Source of the DNA: an uncultured Dehalococcoidaceae bacterium
GTDB lineage: Bacteria; Chloroflexota; Dehalococcoidia; Dehalococcoidales; RBG-16-60-22
Reading direction: 5' to 3'
Length of the DNA stretch: 32,475 nucleotides
NCBI GenBank assembly: GCA_964514525.1
Contig: CAZEUJ010000001.1
Location: 1 to 32,475, forward strand
This document shows, piece by piece, positions 17,087 to 25,607 of the stretch. The notes under the pieces were generated by a model. That model was not told the origin of the DNA. It saw nothing but the letters and a program-made list of their open reading frames with translations, and did not search any database. The translations under genes were made by a program, and so were the position numbers. Position 1 is the first letter of the stretch. Each line of letters starts with the position of its first letter.

Positions 17087-18010
17087 GTGACTGGGGTCGT
17101 GGCCAGGGTGGGTCCGGCCGTGGTGCACGTTCACGTGAAGAAAAAAGCGCCCCGCCGCGGCACCTCTTCCCGGGAGGTCGAGGGTACCGGCTCCGGTTTA
17201 ATCATTACACCGGACGGTTATATCGTCACCAATAGCCACGTAATTGAGGACGCCAGTTCTGTAGAAGTGAACCTCGCCGACGGCACAACCTGTACCGCCG
17301 AGGTTATCGGGCAGGATATAGCAACGGACATAGCGCTGCTGCGTATTTCCGGCTACGGATTGCCTATGGCCTATCTCGGCGATTCCGATAAACTCCGGGT
17401 GGGCCAGCTGGCCATCGCGGTCGGCAATCCTCTCGGTTTTCAGAGCACGGTCACGGCGGGGGTCATCAGCGCGCTTGGCCGTTCTTTGCGGAGTCGCGCC
17501 GGCCGCCTTATCGAAAACGTTATCCAGACGGACGCGGCGCTTAATCCGGGCAATAGCGGCGGGCCACTGGTGGACTCCCGGGGCTATGTAATAGGTATCA
17601 ATACCGCCATCATCCAGTATGCTCAGGGCATCTGCTTCGCCATACCGGTCAATACCATGCGCTGGGTGGTAACCCAGCTTATCCGGGAAGGCAAGGTCGT
17701 CCGTGGTTTCCTCGGTATTTCCGGGCAGACCGTACCTCTCCCGGTACGGGTGATCAGATATTTCCAGCTCGGTCATAATTCCGGGGTGCAGGTGGTCGAT
17801 GTGGCTAAGGCTAGTCCGGCACATCGGGCGGGGCTTAAAGAGGGAGATATCATCATTTCCCTTGGCGGCGAACCGGTGACCAGCGTTAATGATATTCACC
17901 GTCGACTTACCAGGGAGGCCATCGGCAAAAGCCTGGAGGTCGTCCTGCTCCGTGACTGGACGAAGCGAGTGGAAATATCCATAGTACCCGCCGAGAGTCC
18001 GACCCTGTAA
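17087..18010 (+). CDS. HtrA/DegP-family trypsin-like serine protease with C-terminal PDZ domain; true start probably upstream
   Basis: Catalytic motifs TNSHV, DIALL, GNSGGPL. PDZ-like tail (GDIIISLGGEPV). The GTG at 17087 is the only canonical in-frame start, but the frame is open from 16943 and the upstream codons look homologous (see finding). Confidence 0.85.
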   Translation: MTGVVARVGPAVVHVHVKKKAPRRGTSSREVEGTGSGLIITPDGYIVTNSHVIEDASSVEVNLADGTTCTAEVIGQDIATDIALLRISGYGLPMAYLGDSDKLRVGQLAIAVGNPLGFQSTVTAGVISALGRSLRSRAGRLIENVIQTDAALNPGNSGGPLVDSRGYVIGINTAIIQYAQGICFAIPVNTMRWVVTQLIREGKVVRGFLGISGQTVPLPVRVIRYFQLGHNSGVQVVDVAKASPAHRAGLKEGDIIISLGGEPVTSVNDIHRRLTREAIGKSLEVVLLRDWTKRVEISIVPAESPTL

Positions 18011-18042
18011 CTGGTCATCTCAGAACATCAGGGTTATCTTGG

Positions 18043-18070
18043 TTGACATTTGTCCCCATAGTAGTAAAAT
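18043..18070 (+). promoter_or_regulatory. Near-consensus sigma70 promoter abutting the glmM start codon
   Basis: TTGACA (18043-18048), a 16-nt spacer, then TAAAAT (18065-18070). Only 9 nt separate the -10 element from ATG 18080, and there is no SD. Confidence 0.45.
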
Positions 18071-18079
18071 TACTATGTT

Positions 18080-19390
18080 ATGAAGCTTTTCGGCTCTTCC
18101 GGTATACGCGCCGTTTTCGATAAAGACCTGCTCGCCCTGGCGTTCCGTGTAGGACTGGCGGTCGGCAGGCAATATAAGAATGTGGTGATTGGTAGGGACA
18201 CCCGGACTTCCGGCGATGCTATGAAACACGCTGTTATCTCCGGCCTGCTGGCGGCCGGCGCCCGATGCTATGACGCCGGGATAACGCCCACGCCGACCCT
18301 CGCCTATGTCACCCGTGAGTTTGACGCCGGCGTGATGATTACCGCCTCCCATAATCCCCCCGAGTATAATGGTATAAAACTCCTCAACCCGGACGGCTCA
18401 TCGTTTGGCGCTTCCCAGCAGGTGCAAATAGAAGAAGCGATATCGACGGGATCATTCGAGACGGCTCAATGGGAAGAGATGAAAAACAGCGGAGTATACG
18501 AACGAGCCGCGGCGCGACACATTGAAGGTATCGTATCCAACTTTAAGCATAATTTGAAGGTTAAAGTTGTGGTGGATGCCGGCGGTGGGGCGGCTTCCGG
18601 GGTAACGCCACTGCTGCTGGAAAAACTTGGCTGTGAAGTGATAACCTTGAACTGCCAGCCCAGCGGTGTTTTCCCGCGCGGCATCGAGCCGAGTGAGGCA
18701 AATTTATCGGATTTGTGCCGCTTAGTTAGAAAGTCGGGGGCGGCTGTGGGTATCGCCCACGACGGCGATGCCGACCGCATGATGGCGGTGGATGACCGGG
18801 GCAGGTTTATCTCCGGAGACAAGTTGCTGGCGATACTGGCGCGGGCGGCAGGCGCTAAAGAGATAGTCACGACGCTGGATGCCTCCATGACCATCGAGAC
18901 GATGGGTTTTCATGTCCGGCGGACCAGAATAGGCGATACCTGGGTGTCCGAAGAGCTCAGAAAGGGCGGCGATTTTGGTGGGGAGACCTCGGGTGCTTGG
19001 ATTTTCCCGGTGATATCGCTCTGCCCCGATGGCATTCATGCCGCCGCTCAAATCGCGGCGATAGCGGCCCGGCACAAACTCTCGGAACTGGTGGATGCCA
19101 TACCGGTTTATCCGCTGCGCCGCGGTAGCGTTGGTAGCGATGGCGTAACGATATCCCGCCTTGAGTCTAATTTGAAGGCGCTAAAACCGGTATCGGTCAG
19201 CAACACCGACGGCCTGAAACTGGACTTTGAAGACGGCTGGCTGCTGGTCCGTCCTTCCGGCACCGAACCTAAAATCAGGCTAACGGCCGAGGCAAAAACC
19301 GAGGCCAGGGTGCAGCAGCTATATAATAAAGGTCTGAAGGCTATCCGGGATTCCATGCGCCCGGAGAAGGCCGGAGGGAGAAAAAATTGA
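18080..19390 (+). CDS. glmM: Phosphoglucosamine mutase / phosphohexomutase, archaeal-like type
   Basis: 436 aa. MKLFGSSGIRA start. Phosphoserine loop TASHNPPEYNGIK. Mg site HDGDADR. GGETSG and RPSGTEPK motifs. Assignment to GlcN phosphate rests on operon context. Confidence 0.85.
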   Translation: MKLFGSSGIRAVFDKDLLALAFRVGLAVGRQYKNVVIGRDTRTSGDAMKHAVISGLLAAGARCYDAGITPTPTLAYVTREFDAGVMITASHNPPEYNGIKLLNPDGSSFGASQQVQIEEAISTGSFETAQWEEMKNSGVYERAAARHIEGIVSNFKHNLKVKVVVDAGGGAASGVTPLLLEKLGCEVITLNCQPSGVFPRGIEPSEANLSDLCRLVRKSGAAVGIAHDGDADRMMAVDDRGRFISGDKLLAILARAAGAKEIVTTLDASMTIETMGFHVRRTRIGDTWVSEELRKGGDFGGETSGAWIFPVISLCPDGIHAAAQIAAIAARHKLSELVDAIPVYPLRRGSVGSDGVTISRLESNLKALKPVSVSNTDGLKLDFEDGWLLVRPSGTEPKIRLTAEAKTEARVQQLYNKGLKAIRDSMRPEKAGGRKN

Positions 19391-20589
19391 AAGCGGTTAT
19401 TTTAGCCGCCGGCGAAGGTAACCGAATGCGCCCGCTCACCGGCAACCGCCCCAAGGTAATGCTGCCCATCGCCAATAAACCCATCCTGGAACACCTGCTT
19501 ATCGAAGTTAAAGAAGCAGGTATCGGGGAGTTTATTTTCATCGTCGGCTACGGCGATGAACAGGTAAGGAGCTATTTCGGGGGAGGGGAGAAGTGGGGAG
19601 TAAGCATCGCTTATGCGGAGCAGCGGAAGCAGTTGGGTACGGCGGATGCTATCAGGATGGTCGAGGGCATGGTGGACGAGAACTTTATGGTGATCAACGG
19701 TGATGTTATCGTCAGCCGCCAGGATGTAAAAAAATTAATGAAAAATGCCCATAACACCATAAGTGTTATTGAAGTCAAAGACCCCCGTGGTCTGGGAATG
19801 GTTGAGGTATCCGGCAAAACAGTCGTTAATATCTATGAAAAAACGGAGAGTCCACCCACGCGTACCGCCAATGCCGGGCTGTACCTTTTCACTCCGGAGG
19901 TATTCGATGCCATATCGCGGACGGAGAAATCACCGCGGGGCGAATATGAAATAACCGATTCGCTGAAAATATTAATTGAAACGAAGTCGGGACTCTATTA
20001 CCACGAGTTGCAATCATGGCTTGACCTCAGTTATCCCTGGGACTTGCTGACCGCCAACGAATCCATGCTGGCCGGACTTAAATCTCGGAACTTGGGTGAG
20101 GAAGAGAAAAACGTGGTGCTGAAGGGGGGAGTCGAAATCGGGAAAAACACGGTGATAAGGTCCGGCACGTATATCGAAGGGCCTGTGATTATCGGCGATG
20201 ACTGCCGGATCGGGCCGAACTGTTATATCCGTCCTTCGACATGTATCGGAAATAACTGTCATATCGGGGCGGCGGTCGAAGTAAAGAACTCTATCATCAT
20301 GAACGGCACCGATTTCCCTCACCTGAACTATGTTGGCGATAGCGTTATCGGTGAAGGATGCAACTTCGGGGCCGGTACTAAAATAGCTAATTTGAGATTG
20401 GACAAACAGAACATAAAAGTGGCCGGTGTCGATACCGGGCGGCGTAAACTCGGGGCAATTGTCGGCGACCATGTCGAGACCGGGATAAATACTTCAATCA
20501 ATGTCGGCACTATGATTGGGAATAATACCTTTATCGGGCCGGGGATGGTGGTGAGCGGGGTAATCGAACCGGATTCTAAGTTATTTTAG
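19387..20589 (+). CDS. Sugar-1-phosphate nucleotidyltransferase with C-terminal left-handed beta-helix acetyltransferase domain (archaeal GlmU-like)
   Basis: TTG start overlaps the glmM TGA (TTGA). GGAGGGAG SD. MKAVILAAGEGNRMRPLT NTP-transferase motif. Hexapeptide repeats in the C-terminal half. Confidence 0.85.
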   Translation: MKAVILAAGEGNRMRPLTGNRPKVMLPIANKPILEHLLIEVKEAGIGEFIFIVGYGDEQVRSYFGGGEKWGVSIAYAEQRKQLGTADAIRMVEGMVDENFMVINGDVIVSRQDVKKLMKNAHNTISVIEVKDPRGLGMVEVSGKTVVNIYEKTESPPTRTANAGLYLFTPEVFDAISRTEKSPRGEYEITDSLKILIETKSGLYYHELQSWLDLSYPWDLLTANESMLAGLKSRNLGEEEKNVVLKGGVEIGKNTVIRSGTYIEGPVIIGDDCRIGPNCYIRPSTCIGNNCHIGAAVEVKNSIIMNGTDFPHLNYVGDSVIGEGCNFGAGTKIANLRLDKQNIKVAGVDTGRRKLGAIVGDHVETGINTSINVGTMIGNNTFIGPGMVVSGVIEPDSKLF

Positions 20590-20598
20590 GGGTGGACT

Positions 20599-21774
20599 AT
20601 GAAACAGGCAGTGATCCTGGCGGCAGGGGAGGGGCAGAGGCTCCGACCGTTTACCGTTAACCGACCCAAAGCGATGCTTTCCATCGCGGACAAACCGATT
20701 CTGCAATACATTATAGAAGCTCTGGCTCAGAACGGAATTCGCAATATCGTCCTTACGGTCGGTTACCACAAAGAGCAGGTCTATGACTACTTTGGCTCCG
20801 GGGAGAGGTGTGGCGTTAATATCACCTATGTAACTCAGGAATCGCAGTTGGGTACAGCCCATGCTCTGATGCAGGCCAAAGACATGGTCGAGGATGAATT
20901 CCTGGTCTTATCCGGCGATAACCTCATTGAAGCACGTACCATCGCCGATTTTATCCAGGTCAAGCCGGAAGCCCTGCTGGCGAAGAGAGTTAGCGACCCG
21001 GTCAGATACGGGGTGGTAAATATCATGGACGGTCAGGTACAGGATATCGTGGAGAAGCCGAAAGAGGCGACAAGCAACCTGGTAAATACCGGCATATATG
21101 CTTTTACAAAAAATATCTTTAAGTTCACGGAAAATGTACTGGATATTCCGGATGCCCTGAATAATATGTTAGCCGGAGGATATACCATCAACGCTCTGGA
21201 GACTGACGGCACCTGGCTGGACGTGATTTACCCGTGGGACATCATCAGCCTTAATAATGCCCTGCTTAAAAACATCGAGGTCAGCCTGGGTGGCACCATT
21301 GAAAATGGCGTTTCCCTAAAAGGAAAAGTGGTGGTGGGATCGGGCTCAGTCGTGCGCTCCGGCTCGTATATTTCCGGCCCGGTGGTTATAGGATCAGGGT
21401 GCGATATCGGACCGCAGGTATGCATTATGCCAGCCACGAGCATCGGCGATAATGTCTCGATTGCCCCGTTTACGGAGATTAAAAACAGCGTGATCGGCGA
21501 TGATGTTACCATCGGTCCCGGCAGCATCATCAGCGATTCGGTTATCGATAAAGGCTGTGTGTTGCAGGGTCGTTTTACCGCCCTCGGCGGGCCAAGTGAG
21601 GTGAAAATCAACGATGAAAGCTCGACGATTAATGTTGGCGTTATCATGGGCGAGGAATGTCACATCGATAGTAGTGTCACGGCTCAGCCGGGGGCTATCG
21701 TTGGCAACTACTGTCAGGTACAGATGATGAAAGTACTCAGTGGCCGCTTGCCCGACCGAAGCCTGGTGTATTAA
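20599..21774 (+). CDS. Second sugar-1-phosphate nucleotidyltransferase / LbH-domain protein (paralog of 19387-20589)
   Basis: 391 aa. MKQAVILAAGEGQRLRPFT. Same two-domain architecture with hexapeptide repeats. Confidence 0.85.
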   Translation: MKQAVILAAGEGQRLRPFTVNRPKAMLSIADKPILQYIIEALAQNGIRNIVLTVGYHKEQVYDYFGSGERCGVNITYVTQESQLGTAHALMQAKDMVEDEFLVLSGDNLIEARTIADFIQVKPEALLAKRVSDPVRYGVVNIMDGQVQDIVEKPKEATSNLVNTGIYAFTKNIFKFTENVLDIPDALNNMLAGGYTINALETDGTWLDVIYPWDIISLNNALLKNIEVSLGGTIENGVSLKGKVVVGSGSVVRSGSYISGPVVIGSGCDIGPQVCIMPATSIGDNVSIAPFTEIKNSVIGDDVTIGPGSIISDSVIDKGCVLQGRFTALGGPSEVKINDESSTINVGVIMGEECHIDSSVTAQPGAIVGNYCQVQMMKVLSGRLPDRSLVY

Positions 21775-21805
21775 AACAAGCGAGTTCTAAAAGGAATTTT
21801 CTAAC

Positions 21806-23584
21806 GTGTGCGGCATTATCGGTTATATCGGGTCGAAAAAAGCTCAACCGATTCTCCTCAACTGCCTGAGTAAGCTGGAGTACCGGGGCTATGATTCCTG
21901 CGGCATCGCCGTAATGGCTAAAGATATCGAGGTCTGTAAAGACGCCGTCAGGGTGAAAGATTTATCTAAAGCGGCACCGGATTTCGATGGCACGATAGGC
22001 ATCGGCCATACGCGCTGGGCGACCCATGGTGAGCCGTCCAAAATAAACGCCCATCCCCATTGCGACTGCACCGGCCGGATTGCCGTGGTACATAACGGCA
22101 CCATCACCAATTTCCTGAAACTCAGAGAGCAGCTGGCCGCCGAAGGGCATATTCTGGCTTCCCAGACCGATACGGAAGTCTTACCGCATCTGATTGAGAA
22201 ATACTACGATGGCGATTTTGCCCGGGCGGTGGAACGGGCGCTAGTTGACGTTGATGGCGCCTATACGATGATTGCGTTGATGCAGGGCGAGCCCAGGCTG
22301 GTAGCGGCCAGGAAGGACAGCCCGCTGATTATCGGCATCGGCGACAGGGAAAATTACATTGCCTCGGATGTACCGGCCTTATTGGACTACACCAGCCGGG
22401 TCATCTATCTGGAGGACGGCGATATTGCCGTAGTTACCGCCGAGAGTGTCAGTCTGAAGAATAATGCCGCCAGCATTGTGCGGGAGGAACACAAAATATT
22501 ATGGAGTGTGGAAGATGCCCAGAAGGGCGGCTACGAGCATTTCATGTTGAAGGAAATACATGAGGAGCCCAAGGTAATACGGGATACCCTCGCGGAATAT
22601 ATTTCATCGGCGAAGCCGGCCGCAGACGTGGCCGGGGCAGGTAGTCTGGAGGATATGCTCATACTGGCCAGCGGGACTTCCTATCACGCCGGTCTGGTGG
22701 GCAAGTATATCATCGAAGGGTTAGTCAACGTTCCGGTAAGAGTAGAGCTGGCTTCCGAATATATTTACAGCGGCCAGGCGTTGGCTCGTAATAAGGCGAT
22801 TGTTATCACGCAGTCCGGCGAGACGCTCGATGCTCTAAAGGCGATCAAAAGATTGAAAGCCTCAGGTGCCCGCGTTACTGCTCTCACGAACGTCGTCGGC
22901 AGTTCGGCCAGCCGCATGGCTGACGAGACTGTTTATACACGGGCGGGGCCGGAGATAAGCGTGGCGGCTACCAAGACTTTCATCGCCCAGCTTATTGCCC
23001 TGTACTGCATGACGATACCTTATGCCAGGGGAGACATCAGGAAATATGATGACCTTGTTCTGGAGCTCCGGCAGCTGCCGGGTAGGGTCCAGCAGGTGCT
23101 CGACAATGAAATGTTAATCGCGGAGATGGCAAAGCAGATTTCAAAGTCCGAGAATGTCTTTTTTATCGGCCGGGGGATAAATTATCCCGTTGCTCTGGAG
23201 GGGGCATTAAAGCTCAAGGAAATTTCCTATATTCATGCCGAGGGCTATGCCTCCGGAGAACTGAAGCACGGGCCTTATGCCTTATTGGGAAGCCAGTCAC
23301 CGGTGGTGGCCGTTATCGCTCACGACAACACCTACGAGGCTATTACGACGAGCATTAAAGAAATTAAAGCGAGGAAGTCACCGGTACTGGCCGTGGTGAG
23401 CGAGGGCGATGAAACAATAGTGGAGATCGTCGACTCGGTCATCACCGTGCCCAGGACCGACCCTCTATTTTCCCCGGTGGTGAATGCAATCGTCCTTCAA
23501 TTGCTCGCTTATTATGTCGCTAAAGAACGGGGCTGCCCTATAGACTTCCCCCGGCACCTGGCTAAGACCCTCACCGTAGAATAG
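21806..23584 (+). CDS. glmS: Glutamine--fructose-6-phosphate aminotransferase (isomerising)
   Basis: 592 aa. GTG start followed by the catalytic Cys (M)CGIIGYIG. Two SIS domains. C-terminal ...LAKTLTVE typical of GlmS. Confidence 0.95.
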   Translation: MCGIIGYIGSKKAQPILLNCLSKLEYRGYDSCGIAVMAKDIEVCKDAVRVKDLSKAAPDFDGTIGIGHTRWATHGEPSKINAHPHCDCTGRIAVVHNGTITNFLKLREQLAAEGHILASQTDTEVLPHLIEKYYDGDFARAVERALVDVDGAYTMIALMQGEPRLVAARKDSPLIIGIGDRENYIASDVPALLDYTSRVIYLEDGDIAVVTAESVSLKNNAASIVREEHKILWSVEDAQKGGYEHFMLKEIHEEPKVIRDTLAEYISSAKPAADVAGAGSLEDMLILASGTSYHAGLVGKYIIEGLVNVPVRVELASEYIYSGQALARNKAIVITQSGETLDALKAIKRLKASGARVTALTNVVGSSASRMADETVYTRAGPEISVAATKTFIAQLIALYCMTIPYARGDIRKYDDLVLELRQLPGRVQQVLDNEMLIAEMAKQISKSENVFFIGRGINYPVALEGALKLKEISYIHAEGYASGELKHGPYALLGSQSPVVAVIAHDNTYEAITTSIKEIKARKSPVLAVVSEGDETIVEIVDSVITVPRTDPLFSPVVNAIVLQLLAYYVAKERGCPIDFPRHLAKTLTVE

Positions 23585-23643
23585 GCTTCTGGCCTACCGA
23601 GAACCGCTTACTCATTCTCGCGGTATGGTAAAATATATCCGGT

Positions 23644-24093
23644 ATGAATATTAAAACCGTAGCCACCAATCGCAAAGTGTATCATAACTATTATGTTGGA
23701 GATAGTATCGAGGCAGGTATTGCCCTGACCGGCTCGGAGATAAAGTCTGTCAGGGCTGGGCGGGTAAGCCTGGGAGATGCCTATGTAAAGCCTGAGGGCA
23801 GAGAGCTCTGGCTCGTGAATGCTCATATCGCCCGCTACGAAGCCAGCAGCTATATGGGGCATGAGCCCACCCGCCCCCGGAAACTGCTGCTGCATCGTAA
23901 GGAGATTAATAACTTGGCTGGTAAGGTAGCGGAAAAGGGGCTGACGCTGGTAGCTACCCGACTCTACCTTAAGGGCAATATCGCCAAGGTGGAAATATCC
24001 CTGGCGAAAGGTAAAAAACTCTACGATAAGCGTGAGTCTATCACTCGCCGTGAGGTGGAAAGGGAACTGGCAAGGGCGGTCAAAAAACGGTAA
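23644..24093 (+). CDS. smpB: SsrA-binding protein SmpB
   Basis: 149 aa. NRKVYHNYYV...EAGIALTGSEIKSVRAG...PTRPRKLLLHRKEI are classic SmpB blocks. Directly upstream of the tmRNA. Confidence 0.93.
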   Translation: MNIKTVATNRKVYHNYYVGDSIEAGIALTGSEIKSVRAGRVSLGDAYVKPEGRELWLVNAHIARYEASSYMGHEPTRPRKLLLHRKEINNLAGKVAEKGLTLVATRLYLKGNIAKVEISLAKGKKLYDKRESITRREVERELARAVKKR

Positions 24094-24134
24094 AATATAT
24101 AGTAGAGGAGGTCTATCAGACTGTCCTCCGATAT

Positions 24135-24484
24135 GGGGACGCGCGGGTTCGACAGGGGAAGTGCGTTGCAGGATTGCAGGCTGAGGTGCCGCTACCTCAT
24201 TAAACTGGTGGCAAAAAACAAACGCCGAACCAGAAATGGTTGCAGCCTAATTAACTAGGTTGCCATCCAACCTGACCCCACCCCGACGGGTCGGGATTGG
24301 GTGCCGAAAAGTGGGGGTGCCATCGCCCTGACGCCGATATAGGCGGTGAAAGATTTATCGGCTGGCCTGGCTTAACTCGGTCAGTTGAGGTGAGCCGGGT
24401 AAGAACAAATAGCTGACTAAGCTTGTAGCAGGTCCTGGACAGCTTCTTCTGGACGGGGAGTTCAACTCTCCCCCGTCTCCACCA
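24135..24484 (+). ncRNA. ssrA: tmRNA (SsrA)
   Basis: 5' GGGGACGCGCGGGUUCGACAGGGG and 3' GGACGGGGAGUUCAACUCUCCCCGUCUCCACCA. Acceptor stem pairs GGGGACG with CGUCUCC, including the G3-U pair. Internal tag frame ends ...NAEPEMVAA-UAA (24212-24250). Confidence 0.92.
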
Positions 24485-24494
24485 TACCGAAATC

Positions 24495-24525
24495 GGGCTC
24501 CAATACGGAGCCCGTTTCTTTTTTT
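24495..24525 (+). terminator. Intrinsic terminator after ssrA
   Basis: Stem GGGCTCC / GGAGCCC, loop AATAC, followed by GTTTCTTTTTTT. Confidence 0.8.
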
Positions 24526-24761
24526 ATAAAATATTTGCCAGGGTTGTATACTATAACCTTGTTATCAGGTTTCCGTTTCAATGATTCAAAGAGTGGATAG
24601 AACGGTGGCTTAGGTTGAATTCCGGTTCGGTCACAATAATAGAGGAAGGTGTCACTATTCCCAGCCTGGCATGCCATCCATACATTTCTAACCTACTTAA
24701 TACAATTACAGGGTAAGATTTTACAGCGGCAATTAATATATGTCCTTTTAAATCCAATCTC

Positions 24762-25595
24762 TCAAGCGGTGATAACCGTCCCTGCCTTGTTGAAGAAGAA
24801 AACCTTGCCGAATTCCTGAGCCAGGAGACTGGTGGCAGGCAGGTCCGTGCAGTGACATAGGCCCATTTTCTCAATTCCTAGCTCTCGTAAAGCGTCAATA
24901 GTCTGCCATAACCGCTCTTCAGAAACACCCATTAAGTGAGAGCCCCCGATTACAGTATGGATTTTGTCTACTCCTGTTAATTGTTTAGCATGATATAGAG
25001 TATTGATAATGCCACGGTGAGCGCAACCCAGGATTACAACCAGTCCGGCACCCGTTTTTATCACCACAGCCTGGTCATCCAGAAGCTTATCAGGCTGCCA
25101 CCCGGAGTCTTCTTTAACAAATAAGCCTTCATCGATCCGCTCATATCCGATTACCATCGGGACTTCGCCGGTGGTTATTATATCATCAGTGATTCTGACA
25201 GATTCTTTTGAGAGCTTGAAGCGGGCGCCCATGCTTTCCAGTTCCTTTTGCTGGAACGGGATACCAATATACCGGGCTGGTTCGTCCTTGCGCCGTGAAT
25301 ACTTGACCTGCCAGATATCCGGATGGGCGATTATTTCTACCTCTTTACCGATTCTTCGAAGTACATTACGCAGGCCGCCGGTGTGGTCATAATGACCATG
25401 GCTTAAGATAATCTTACTTACCTTAGTAAGGTCAATATTAAGGCTGTCAGCGTTATAAACTGCGGAGATACTTTTACCGGTATCAAAAAGTATCGATGTA
25501 TCCCCGGTTTCCACCAGGACGCTTAAGCCCCACTCGCCTAAAAAGTCGCCCATTCCGGCGGTGTTTTCACTTAAGGTAGTAATACGAAGCGTCAT
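24762..25595 (-). CDS. Metallo-beta-lactamase-fold protein, COG1237 type (paralog of 12507-13346)
   Basis: 277 aa. MTLRITTLSENTAGMG..EWGLSVLVE..ILFDTG..SHGHYDHTGG..ILGCAHRG. About half the positions are identical by eye to the other copy. GGAGG SD. Confidence 0.8.
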   Translation of the reverse strand: MTLRITTLSENTAGMGDFLGEWGLSVLVETGDTSILFDTGKSISAVYNADSLNIDLTKVSKIILSHGHYDHTGGLRNVLRRIGKEVEIIAHPDIWQVKYSRRKDEPARYIGIPFQQKELESMGARFKLSKESVRITDDIITTGEVPMVIGYERIDEGLFVKEDSGWQPDKLLDDQAVVIKTGAGLVVILGCAHRGIINTLYHAKQLTGVDKIHTVIGGSHLMGVSEERLWQTIDALRELGIEKMGLCHCTDLPATSLLAQEFGKVFFFNKAGTVITA

Positions 25596-25607
25596 CTTCC
25601 GCGCCTC

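Noticed and set aside
17198-17899. 233-aa minus-strand ORF
   Set aside because: It is antisense to the HtrA protease gene, whose catalytic triad motifs are present. It is a shadow ORF.
24601-24640. GGTTGAATTCCGGTTCGG, resembling a tRNA T-arm (possible tRNA fragment or attachment-site remnant)
   Set aside because: I could not fold flanking sequence into T-stem or acceptor pairings on either strand. The resemblance is limited to a few bases around an EcoRI-like palindrome.
24462-24677. 71-aa minus-strand ORF, plus the 98-aa ORF at 24578-24874
   Set aside because: The first overlaps the tmRNA 3' end and its terminator. The second overlaps the 3' end of the MBL gene in another frame. Neither has an SD or recognisable motifs.
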